DNA of 64,000 bases, taken from Dicyema japonicum. Taxonomy: Eukaryota; Animalia; Dicyemida. The notes under the pieces were generated by a model, which was given only the letters and a program-made list of their open reading frames with translations, made no database searches and was not told the DNA's origin. Position numbers and translations under genes: made by a program. The DNA lies in contig RDEW01000012.1 in the NCBI GenBank assembly GCA_011109175.1, forward strand, positions 14,525 through 78,524. The letters are read 5' to 3'. Shown here in pieces: positions 52,800 through 64,000 of this stretch (its first letter is position 1; the number at the start of each line of letters is the position of its first letter).

Positions 52800-54010
52800 T
52801 AATATTATATTTTGAATGAATAATTAATGCCATACATCCAATGGATTTGAAAAAAATTGTATATGGACTATTGCTCAAGAGATTCACCAGACAAATCACT
52901 GTGGACATATCGCTCTGGATGCGCTTTGTCGTAGGAGATTTTGCGCTATTAAAAAAACTTTTATTCGTTAAGTTGTAAAAAACTGCAATGTTTGCAAGTT
53001 TGCAGTGCCTTTTAAACAATATGATGATTTTAGTCATATTGATTTGCCTAATGAGAGATTTCAAGTTGATTGATCTTAAAAGTTTAAAGTTTATTAGTTA
53101 TTATTGTTGATTTGAGAATCAAAATGATTCTTTTTTTATTATTTTCTGTAGTAGACATATATTCAAATATGCAATCACCAGGAACCTACTGAACAAAAGT
53201 GGAAGAGTGGTTGCCAATAAATAAGAAGAATTTTTATGGATCACGGGCCTTGTAAAAACTTGCAATCAGAAAATGGTACGGAGTTCAAGAATGACCATAT
53301 AAGAAAAATCTGTCAAGAGTACAGAATTATTCAAATTCATGGACGACCCAACAATCCCCAGAGTCAAGGGATTGTTGAAGATTCAATCAGACGATCTCAC
53401 GGAGTTTTCGAAAATGATGGCTATGGTTGACAAGAAAGAGTGGATAAAGCACATTCGAAAGACTGTGTTTTTATACAATCAAATGCCTCACTCATCCATA
53501 GGTTAATTTGTGCTTTTATTTTTTTGTAGTTGTTAGTCCGTTTCAGAGATATCAAGGGATTCTGGGCTACAACATCATTGTGAAAAATAGTGTAACGGAG
53601 AAAGACGGTGAAGAAAACCTGGAAATTGTGAATAATATTGCTGAATTAACAGAGCCAAACGGTGAAGACAGCCCCGAAACATATAGTAAAGGTTTTTTTT
53701 CTATAATTTTACAAAAGGTGATTTGATTTTCCTCGGGTAGACTTGAATTCTCCTTATTATAAAAGGATGAATAAAAAGATGGGATTGCATCGATCGAAAT
53801 ATGAATTTAACATTGGAGATAGTGTATTCAATTTATAATTACTTAAAAGGTATGTATTCAGAAGGACTATGGAACTAATCCTTCACTGCGTCTGCAATGG
53901 TTTGAGCATCTCTACGGAGATGCTGTCACTATTGTTGCAAAATTGTCCCACAATTTAGTCAATGTTAAGATTGTGAGGGAATTGTGAAGAAGGTGCATTC
54001 TAAACGTTTT
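52800..54010 (+). mobile_element. Ginger/GIN-like (KRBA2-like) DDE integrase transposon, degenerate
   Basis: HHCC finger (EIHQTNHCGH...CNVC), ERFQVDL, VVDIYSKY, LQSENGTEF, HGRPNNPQSQGIVE, YNQMPHSSI. No RT nearby. Confidence 0.85.
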
Positions 54011-54539
54011 AAAAAGATAATTATCAATAATTAGTTAATGTTTGCTTTGAAATAATTGATTATTTTATGGAAAAACTGTCTTCTGTTGGCTTACAAATCA
54101 GCTGGAAAAAGAAGACTACTTTAGAAATGATCAATTTGGCTTTCGGTCATGCGTGATTGCTTATTATGCAAAGCCAGAGAATCCAAATGTTTCCTGAATG
54201 TCATGTCTCGACATATCAATACCATCCAGTCCATACATATTTTTTAAATAAAAATTTCAAAAGAATATTTTTAATTGTAAAAAATTGCATTATAGAAAAA
54301 TAAACGAAATTATTCATTGTCATACAAAATTAAATATTCGTGAACATTTTCAGGCTTTAAGTTTCCATCATAAGAATTTTCGTCAAAAGAGTGCTTCTGC
54401 AACAATTTCGAATGTATGAATAAATTTCTGGCGAAAGATTTTTATTTAAGAAATCAAGAATACTTATTATCCAAGCTTTTGTGCAGAATCCCGTGACAAG
54501 GATAGGTCTTCATCTTCTTCATACTGTAGTCTCAGTATG

Positions 54540-54720
54540 TTTTTTTAGTCTGACAGTAGACACATTTTTTAACTACAGCAATTTCTACACGAGTTAAATT
54601 GTATATCTTTTTTCTTAGCAAACTGAATAAACGATCTCTCCCCATATGAGTAAAATTGTGTTCACTCCAATGATTGACAGGCAAAAATACTATTATCAAT
54701 TGTTATTTCAGTTTTGCATT
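54540..54720 (-). mobile_element. Second integrase zinc-finger remnant
   Basis: EHNFTHMGRDRL...KKCVYCQ (HHCC). Confidence 0.6.
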
Positions 54721-54899
54721 TTCCTTTCAAAAAATCGCTGAAATAGATTGTTACCCTAATCCTATTATAATCTAATTACTCTGTAATAGACTATATCGTC
54801 TTCGAAAACTAGCAATGGGGCTAGTATCCAAATGCACTGTCTATACTTTCTTGAAAGCGATGCTTCCGAATAGATGTCACCGCATTTCAAGTTCTGTTT

Positions 54900-55210
54900 G
54901 AATAGAGTGAGCAGACCTCCACCTCTTTTTTCTCTATGATCCTTCCTGATAGATTTGTATCCAATAAATGTAGAGTAGGGTCGATAAAGAAAGTTTGGTC
55001 TCTTGAATCATCGCCACGTTAATCTTTTGACAAGCCAGGAGTGAGTGGAGTTCCCTGATTTTTCCTTTAATTCCATTTATGTTTTGCTGAAGAGCCGTAA
55101 AATGCTTTTCTTTTCGATGGGCTGAGGATTTCTTCGGGAAAGTTCAATCTTCCGCAAAATGCATCCCCTGGGACGAGAATGTCCCCAGGAGGATTATTCT
55201 TATTATTTAA
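54900..55210 (-). mobile_element. I-group LINE 5' fragment (APE start)
   Basis: MHFAED*TFPKK...HFTALQQNINGIKGKIRELH...AMIQETKL; homologous to 38155-38420. Confidence 0.85.
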
Positions 55211-55234
55211 AAGCCAAAGAAACACCGTCTTAAC

Positions 55235-55800
55235 CAATAACTAATATTAATAGGATTGGGTCTAACTAATAGGATGGGGTCTATCGGTCCTTTTTAAAAT
55301 TTTTTAACCTTATAATTTTTGATTTAATTTATTACATTTTTAAATTAGCTAATAATAATAATATATTTTGCTACTAAAATTTTTGGTTGACATGCTTAAG
55401 ATAGCAAAATCGTACCAAATTAAAGCTAAGGCCACTGTAAAGGATTATCCTAAAGAATTTATGATTCTTGAGGATAGTGCGCTATATTGTCGACTCTGTT
55501 TGTGTAATATAAAATGCGAGAAAAGCCATTTTGTAAATTCTTATCGAGCCTCACAAAAACATTAAAATTCATTTTTTGCGAAATAACTATTATTTTTTTA
55601 GATTATCTGACCAAACACACATTGACTAATATTCCAAAAATGATGATTAGGATCTACAACTAACCAGAGCATTTAAAAAATCTGATATTCTACTAAGCAA
55701 ACTATTATGCCGTGGATTAGAGAATTGTTTTAAACTTCGTGCTCGGTTGAACGATGTTTCTCAGAGATAAAGAATTTTCTAAGATCCAACCGAAATTTTC
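55235..55800 (+). mobile_element. CGGBP1-like hAT transposase N-terminal remnant
   Basis: EDSALYCRLCLCNIKCEKSHFVNSYRASQKH resembles the CGGBP1 zinc finger. A direct repeat taataggat(t/g)gggtcta occurs twice upstream. Confidence 0.55.
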
Positions 55801-55872
55801 TACTAGAAAATTATGTAATTTGTAGTGTTAAAAACAATATTTTAAAACTTGTTAGTAAATGTAATATTTAGT

Positions 55873-58800
55873 TCAATGTTCTTCATTTGTTAAATCAGTA
55901 TTTGAGTTTGGAGATTTCGTATTGTCTTTAAGTTTGAGTATTTCATTAATATTCTATAAATATTTTATTAAACTACATTATATTTAAACGTTTTAGTTGA
56001 CATAATGAGATCTTGAATGATTGGATGTTCGATTAATACATTGTATGGTAATCCTTCATTTTCAATAGCATTTAGGTCCCAATATACAGTAGTTAATTTG
56101 TTCTAATAAAATATATTTATTACTAAAATGTTTATTTCATTGCTAGATTCAATTTCTTTAAAACGATTATTAGATTTTATTTCACATTTTGCATGCATCA
56201 GAACCTAAACTCATGATTTGATAATATTACTCTGTGAATTTCTAATATAGATATTTCAGGAATTGTTGAGGAATCTGATTCACAATCACTGTTAATATAT
56301 TCGAGAAACTCTCCTCTAATTGATGAATTTAATATCCTTGAATGATTTCTCATAATTTGTTTATTTGAAACAACACTCAATGCTCTCAAAAATCCGTCAT
56401 ATGGATTATCTGAAGGACAAAAGTAAAGAAGCTGCATAATAAATTACTATAACCATATCCACATAGTCAATTTGATCATTGTCCATTTGAAAAACACGGA
56501 ATAAATATTTTTTTATTCTAATAGACCAAAGGCCGTCAATATTTTTGATTCCTTCGTTTACTTTAAATTCAGAGAACCAAAGAGTACACTATAATATTTT
56601 ATTGAATAACCTTTTCAAATTGTTCCCAAGTAATTCTTCCAGTTTCGTCCATTTTAATAAATTCATTTAATGAGTCCATGAGTTCTTTTAATGTTGGATA
56701 TGGGAATGGTTCTAAACAAAAAATTATTAATTTTTTCCAATTAACAAATTCATCATCAACTTGTATTTTGGATATAATTTCATCAATCTTTATATTTGAA
56801 TAAATTTACATCATTATAATTCATATTAAACCAAATACTTGGAAATAATTCCTGACAATTTCCATTAATTGTAAGGTTGCTAATCAAATTTACAAGCGTT
56901 TTTCCAAAAATAACACCAGACGGTGACAACATTCTTAACTAAAATTTATCAATTTATTTACTTGGTAATATAAATTCCACAACTGATTAAAAGAGAATTC
57001 ACTCACTGAACTCAAATTTGCCAGAGATCCACTATATCCTCTAACTTCAGATCGAGAAATTTGGGGAATGTAAAAATTCTTATATTTTATATTAAAATTA
57101 CCTTTTCAATATACATTTTCCCATTATTAATTACAAGGACATTCTTTAATGGAATTCCAAGCTCCACATGATTTTTAAGAATATTTACAATTTCATTAAT
57201 TCTATAAATAGTATTAAATTTAACAACCCTTCAATTTCATTTAAAAAAGTATTTGAAATCATATCATTAATTTTTGTATTAACAGATTGCATGCGTGATC
57301 GAAGAGACTTAATAATTTCCAAACAGTTCATCGTAATTGACCGAATACGGCAACTCAGATTCATTTCTGATAAATAACTTTAGGTTACCTTCTGTTTTAA
57401 TAGCAGACATAAATTCTGTGTGAATTTTTGGTCATCCATACTTAGTTGTGGAATTGAATCAAATAAATTATTACAAATTAAATACATTTCTTTTTGTTTT
57501 TTTTATTTGCTGATGAACTTTGTTTTTTTTATCTTGTTTTACTTTTTGAATATCATTCAATGAATCACTTTGAAAATATTGGATAAATTTTTTTTCTGAA
57601 TTTTCAACCTTTAATAAAATAATTCCTTAAACAAGATTATTGGTCATATCAATTAAATTTTGAGCACTTTCAATGCTATATATCATATCACAATTTTGTA
57701 TTTGTAATGTAGATAAGTAAATATCCGTTATAGGGATACTTTTTCTATCTAATCGTTTTTTAGTTCCAGAGTCATGTAATGGTATTTTTTTCTTTGGCAA
57801 TAATGGAATTCTAATTAATCATAAATGTACTTTGTTTCAATATCAAAAAATTGAGATGATTGAATTAAGTTTTCCTTAACAGATCGTTTACTCGTTATTG
57901 AACGTCTAGGACTCTTTCTTCTCTCATTTTTATCCCTATTGTCTATAGACTTTGGGGAAACTCTATCTAGAACTTCATAAAGCTAAATAAAATTTAAATA
58001 TACCTCAATTAGTGGAAGTCTAATCCTTTGGTCTTCAGTTTGTTCAATCATCTTACCACTTATTGAAAGGTAATAATTTCTAATTAATTTATTTAAATCC
58101 TGAAATTTATCAATTTCAATCTATAATACAATAATATAAACCTGCTGTAATGAAATGCATAAATTGTCTAAAAGTCCAATTTGATCTTCAATCCATTCGT
58201 TATTAAAAATGTATGATAATTCTTCTTCGGCAATTTCTTTTTGTCTACTAGTAATATCCCATAATCTGTGTTTCAAATCTTCAATTCTTTGGTGGAGTTC
58301 AGTCTTTGTTTCCTCATCATCCCTTAACTCAGTGGGAATTAGAGAAAAATCCTAATATTTAAAATGAGTTTCGAACTCGTTGCCATTGATAAAAATAATC
58401 TTCCTTTTCATTAGGTCGCATAAACAAATCATAAAATTCTTGTCTATTAATAATTTATATCATAAACTGTATTCTATATATGTAATCAATATTTATGTGC
58501 ATTTTTTGATTAAAGTCCCACAAAAGTTTTCCTAGTGAATCCTGGTATATATTTTTTAATTGATTCCAAAAGTTAACAAAAATTTGTTTTTCTTCCTATA
58601 TTCTAAAAATACTTAATCACCTCAGGAATTTCACTGTCAACAAATTTCCATGATAAATCTTGAGGAGTTATTTCGCATTTTTCAGTTTCATCTTTGATGG
58701 ACGGAGTTTTACTTTTTGTTCTCTTTTTGTCTTGTACTTATTTTACATACATACTTTTTTCTTTAGAATTACGACCTTTAGACTTATCTGGTGTCTGACC

Positions 58801-61710
58801 ACTTTTTTTCGATTTTCCTTTAAAATAGTAATAAAGGTACACCTTGTGATTTTTTAGAACTAACATCTACAATATCTTTTTCAGCATTTGATTCTTCTAT
58901 TTGTTTAGCTATGATCTATCACATGCATATTTAATAGTACTTCTCTTTCTCTCATTTCATCCTCAATTCTCTTCTTTTCTTCATTTTTCATAATTTCTAG
59001 GTTTATTTTCTTAATTTAATTAATCATTAACTTGTTGATTCAAATTATTTATTATATCTATTATGCTTTTCTCGGGGGTTTCACATTCATTTGTGTCAAT
59101 TTTAATCAAATTATTACAATTTATGTAATATTTTTCCAAGTTTGACCAATTTTTATAAAAGTTAACAAGACTAAAAATAAATAATAACTTACTATGGAGA
59201 ACTTGTATATTTTTTATCTTTTAATTTGTTCTTTATAGAATCGTCGTTAATTTGAATAAAAATAACATATTCGATTGCACTTATTGAATCTGGAATAAAT
59301 TCTACATGATCCAATCCGTTTATAATTTCGTATTCTTTATTCTCTAAAATTCCTGCATTATGTTCGCTTAGTAGTTTTTCTAAAAGTCTACATTGGTTGA
59401 GTGTTCTTGGAAATCCATCCAATACAAATCCTTTGCCTTCCTCCATAAATCTATTATAATGTCACTGCTTACTCAAATTCAGTTTCAATTAATGAAATTA
59501 ATAATTCGTCTGTTAAAACATGTTTATTAAGCATTTCACCCTTAATTTCATTTCCTAAAATTGCTCTTTTACTTGATTTGTCTTTAATAATAATATTAAA
59601 AAACAATTTCCGTATCATTTTCTTCCGTAATATCCTATAATATATAATTTTAGTAAACTTGTTCGTTGTTTTCTGCAGCCCAAACAGCCTTATCAATCAC
59701 TTCATCAATATCAATTACTACACAGTTAAATTCTTAATATATTTAATATTATACGTTTGGCAATTATGTTGGACATTGATGATTTTCCAGATAAAGGTTT
59801 TCCAACTACACAAAATCTCTTTTCTTTGGGTATTTTGCTTATATAATCTTTTATAATCTAAAATGAATTAAAATCAGTACAATGTCTTTAGGTTTTATGT
59901 CCAAAATGTTTCTAAGTGAATTTACTAAGGCATTATTTTTTACAGGTGCTGTCAAATCAGAAGGCCTTTCCCATGTACCAACAGAATTCTTAATGTATAT
60001 TATGATTACAATATATTCTTTAATATTCAAATTGTTTATAATATCTTTAACCTCAGAAATATAGTTAATTTCTCCAAATTGATCATCAAAAAATGATTTT
60101 CCTTTAATAAATAATTCATTCATTTCTTTAATAATAGAATTAGGTATTTCGCTTTAATAATGAATAATGTTACCCATAAGTTATTTCTTTATAATCAGCA
60201 TATTTGATGGAATAGTCAATCATTAACAGAATTATCCTTTTACAAATACTTTCGTGTTTATTTCGTTTATTAATTTCATTTTCAAGCATAATTTCTTGAT
60301 GTAATTTTAACTCTTCTTTATTTTTCAATTTATTTGACTCATTTTCCATTTTAATCAATTCCTATTATAATTAATGTAAATACAGCTTCTCGTGTTAACG
60401 CATTTTCCATATCAATAACTCTTTGTTTTTCATTTTCACATTCTCTTGTGAGTCTATTTTGTTTAATGACTTCTTTTTCATTCCTTATCTGAAATAATTG
60501 ATTTATGAATCTTCTTTCTTGTTGAGACTGTCTCATTAACTTTGTAATAAGATATTCCTCTCTTTTTTGTTCCTATTATATTTACTATAAATACAGCTAA
60601 TAACATCTGAGATTTCATTTGATCCACTAAAACCTTTCTTCGTCGTTTGTCCCGTTCAATTTTTGCATCTTTTTCTTCCTTTAAGCGAACTTTAATCTGA
60701 TGAAAATAGTTGGAAGAATCATCATGGATGCCAAATTTTGATAATAATTTTTCCAGATTAACAGGTTCAGGATTATATGTCACTGCATTTAATAAATCTC
60801 TAAATAATAAAGCACACACATAAAACATATCATCATTTTCCATTGGTTTAATAAATGTTTGCTTCAAAAGTTTCTCAAATTCTATTATATTTTTATTAAA
60901 ATTCTTTATTAATGTAAAATAAAACTTGACTTTGTTTAAAATTCTCTTTAGTTTTGAATTTTTTCTTGGAAATAATAATATCTTGGTTTCTATGATATAA
61001 TATTCAATAAACTTTATTTTTTCAATCAATTCATCTGTTTTAAATTTAGCTCTTTTGCGTTCTTGTATAAGTTTCTCCCTAACTTTCTGTTTTTCTTCAT
61101 TATCTCGTTCATATTCATTAATCATGTCAATAAAATTCTGAGAATTTTTAGATACAATTTTTTCTTTATACTTTTTTGCTTCTTCTGTTAATAAAAATGA
61201 GTTTGGTTTTTTGTTCGTTGTCGGATAATCTATTAATTATTTTTAAAATTACATGATTGTGAATCTCATTCAAACATTTATCAAAATGAGCTTTCCCTTT
61301 TGGTCTTTGAGCTTCCAATGAAAATTCTGTCATTCTCATTTTCTCTTTGCGTTTAAGAGCAATAAAAAGTTGATAGAGGGTTCTTGTCGCAACTCCTTCG
61401 TCTCCTTTCATCAAAGCTTCAACAATCAAAAAATCAAAAGGGACTCCAATCAGTTGAAATACTGGACCCAATCGTGAAAAATTATTTAATTTTGAACCAC
61501 TTGATCTATTTGTGAATTTTAAAATCATACTGTCCTTTTGAAAAGTCACCAAAATCATCCTGTAAGTTGTATTTATAAAGAATTTCTCCAAACAAATAGC
61601 CATTTGAGAATGAATCTGCAACATTTGATTCGTCTAAATTATCTCTATTTTCTACCTATTTCACATGAAATATTAATATTATTAAGCCATTCAACTAAAA
61701 GACTGGTCAT
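55873..61710 (-). CDS. SPEF2: Sperm flagellar protein 2, multi-exon with miniature introns; 3' end approximate
   Basis: The spliced N-terminus (22- and 25-nt introns) MTSLLVEWLN...SFSNGYLFGEILYKYNLQDDF...KLNNFSRLGPVFQLIGVPFD...GVATRTLYQLFIAL is the SPEF2 CH domain. It is followed by a coiled coil and an adenylate-kinase-like motif GFVLDGFPRTLNQ. Confidence 0.92.
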
Positions 61711-61848
61711 AATTCTATGGATACGATTCTTATTTAATATTTATATATTTTTTATTCAAATAAATGTAAAAAAATTATATTTTATTTTGTCAATAAAAGC
61801 TCATTAAGTGGAAAAATCAAAAAAATTAACAAATGCTAGATTCAGTCT

Positions 61849-62345
61849 AGCGTGTCGTGGTCCACCGATTCGACAGGATTTGGAAACGCCCGGTGAGCAC
61901 CTACTACTAACTCGAAAAGGATTTTTAAACTCATTTCCATGAAGACATTCTTGTCCTAGGGCATGCGTTTTGCGGAAGATCGCATATTCCCGGAGGAAGT
62001 CCTTAGCCTATCGAAGAGAAAGTCACTTTACTTCTCTTCAATTGAATATCAAAGAGATTAAAGGAAAGATCAGGGAACTCCACATACTCCTGGAAAGTCA
62101 GAAGATCAACGTGGTTATGATTCAAAAGACCAAACTCACTTTTTTTATTCCCTGGATCAAGGCTATTAGGATGGACCGTAAAAAAGAAAAGGTGAAGGCC
62201 TGCTCACTTTATTCAAAAAAAAACTTTAAATGCAGAAACATCTCCTCAGAAATGAGGAAACTTGTTGTGAATGATGATGTAACCGAAACAGTTGGAATCT
62301 CGCTCGGGACAACGAAAGGGAGATCGCCTACTTTAACCATATAAT
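61849..62345 (+). mobile_element. I-group LINE 5' fragment (leader plus APE start)
   Basis: Leader homologous to 38047; HFTSLQLNIKEIKGKIRELH, VVMIQKTKL. Confidence 0.85.
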
Positions 62346-62464
62346 CCTAAAAGCAAGATCAATGGCTACCCAACTTCGATTTAATTTGTCGATTGGTGGT
62401 TCTCAACGCGGTCATGTCAAATTTATTATCAGATTAAAAAAATTATTATTTGAAAACCCACTTT

Positions 62465-63930
62465 ATTTAACCAACAATAAAAAGTTAATATTTAACCTTC
62501 CTCGCCTGCCTGTTCGCCAGCCTCCTCAGGCAGGTTCGATTCTGGTTGCTGAAACAACTCCGAGAGCGCTTGTCGAATTGAACCCTTTGCCCATATGGCA
62601 TTTCCGGGCTCTGCCTCCTATACTCCAGTTTCAGGCTTTCTAGGGTCCGCTTTAATACAATGGACTGTAGATAGGCCTGGAGCTCCTATCTACATCCAAC
62701 TGCTTCAGATAACCCTTGTGGTACTTTGTTGCAATTCCTTCCCACGTCATTACTATAGGAATAATGAGGACCTTGCAACCAAGCATCTGCCCCATCTCGT
62801 TTGCAGGCAAGTCATACTTCCTTTTTTCTTCACCTACAGTCTGCAAACGGTCTTGAGACGTGATGCCAACCTCTATGATAAGGACTTGGCCAGACTCCTT
62901 ATCGTGTACCACAATGTCCGGTTTATTGTGCTTGACTAGCACCGAGGTACGGATAACACTGTCTACCCTAATTTGGACCCTGGTGTTTTCTACTACAGAT
63001 TGCATTTTATGAGTCCGCAACTTTCTGGTGTAGCGAATACCATACTTATTGCATAGTAGAAGATGAAGACTCTTTACTACCTCGTTGCCTCCACACATAG
63101 TCGTGGCAGAGCATGGATCCACATCGAGTGGCTAAATGATCAACCGACATGCTCCTTGACTTACAGTGGGGACATGTATTTGTTGATCGATCCCAAAAAA
63201 TATTGCGATCTTGCATATACGTGTACAGCGCCTCCGGTCGAGATGAGTTGTCACCGTATTTTAGCCATATTGTCGACGACTTAAGGTCGACATGTGGGTT
63301 GTCCAATGCTCTGAAGAGGATCTTATGAAGGCTTTTTAAGTTGATCTTTTCCATCAAATTATTATATTGTAATTCGATCAACGCCTTCACATTGACTAGC
63401 CCACCATCATCAACACCATACTCAGCAGACAAAAAAGGTTGATAGTGCCTAGGTGGGTTGCCCGTGTTTTCTCGGTCGTTATTATGGCGTGCTTCCTAGC
63501 AGACACACTTGACCCAGATATCAGGGTGTCGTGCATTTGCTTTAGAATACGCTCACTTAGTTGGACTACTCCACACAGTCCACGGCCGAATTTATCATGG
63601 GGTAAATATAGTCTCTCCTTATTGGCTGTCAGCACATGGACATTGTTCTCTCTGAGTACTCCACGGATCATAACATCCATCTCATCATACTCTTTGGGCT
63701 CAAACTCCACAACACCTATGTAGTAGTTTAGCAGCGAGACAGCATCTCATTTAATGCTAGGAAGAAATTCTTTGCATTTAGAGACGTCTTACACAATAAC
63801 GCTGCTCTTTTACGGATATCTTCAGTAATTTGTCGCTTTGTCTCAGGCATTATTTATTTATTGCTTTGTCTCAGTCTCAGGCATTATAAGGGACTTGGAG
63901 TTTCGGTAACAGCCAGATATTAATATCCTT
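62465..63930 (-). mobile_element. 5'-truncated second copy of the NeSL/R4-like element
   Basis: High identity to 3265-4710 in reverse orientation (EFEPKEYDEM, KPDIVVHDKE). Confidence 0.93.
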
Positions 63931-64000
63931 CGAATAAAATTGTTTATATTTTTTAATTAATTTTTTTTCAATGCTAGTATTTTTATATGATCTACTTTGT

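Noticed and set aside
7093-61710. All five host genes on one strand (operon or polycistron)
   Set aside because: Five of five has a chance probability of 1/16, and the genes are separated by multi-kb transposon islands.
62525-62550. GGTTCGATTC B-box near the retroelement 3' end
   Set aside because: It is antisense to the element's coding tail, has no A-box and has an imperfect T-stem.

Overview
Eukaryotic, AT-rich window with no prokaryotic features (no CRISPR, operons or rRNA). Five host genes, all on the minus strand, are broken by very small GT-AG introns (21-31 nt in every case I traced): FANCI (~7.1-11.8 kb), a CCDC162/DUF4549-like gene (~24.1-31.1 kb), CHMP1 (37.0-37.6 kb), a lone central Hox gene with a Lox5-type parapeptide (45.8-46.4 kb) and SPEF2 (~55.9-61.7 kb). 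Tiny introns, a divergent Lox5-like Hox gene and motile-cilium genes together point to a dicyemid mesozoan (inference). The DNA between the genes is almost entirely transposable elements. These include near-complete RTE LINEs with target-site duplications (TSDs), a near-complete CRE-clade element with an N-terminal PHD finger, many further CRE fragments, two NeSL/R4-like RT-RLE elements, I-group (Ingi/Vingi-like) LINEs, a tRNA-derived SINE, and hAT and Ginger-like integrase remnants. The strongest novelty candidates are the PHD-CRE retroelement, an intron-containing inverted duplication inside FANCI, a structured pseudoknot-like 5' leader on the I-group LINE, the SINE and the orphan Hox gene. 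Family assignments come from remembered motifs, not database searches. Many boundaries are approximate. Scattered n bases and homopolymer indels mean some apparent frameshifts may be assembly errors.
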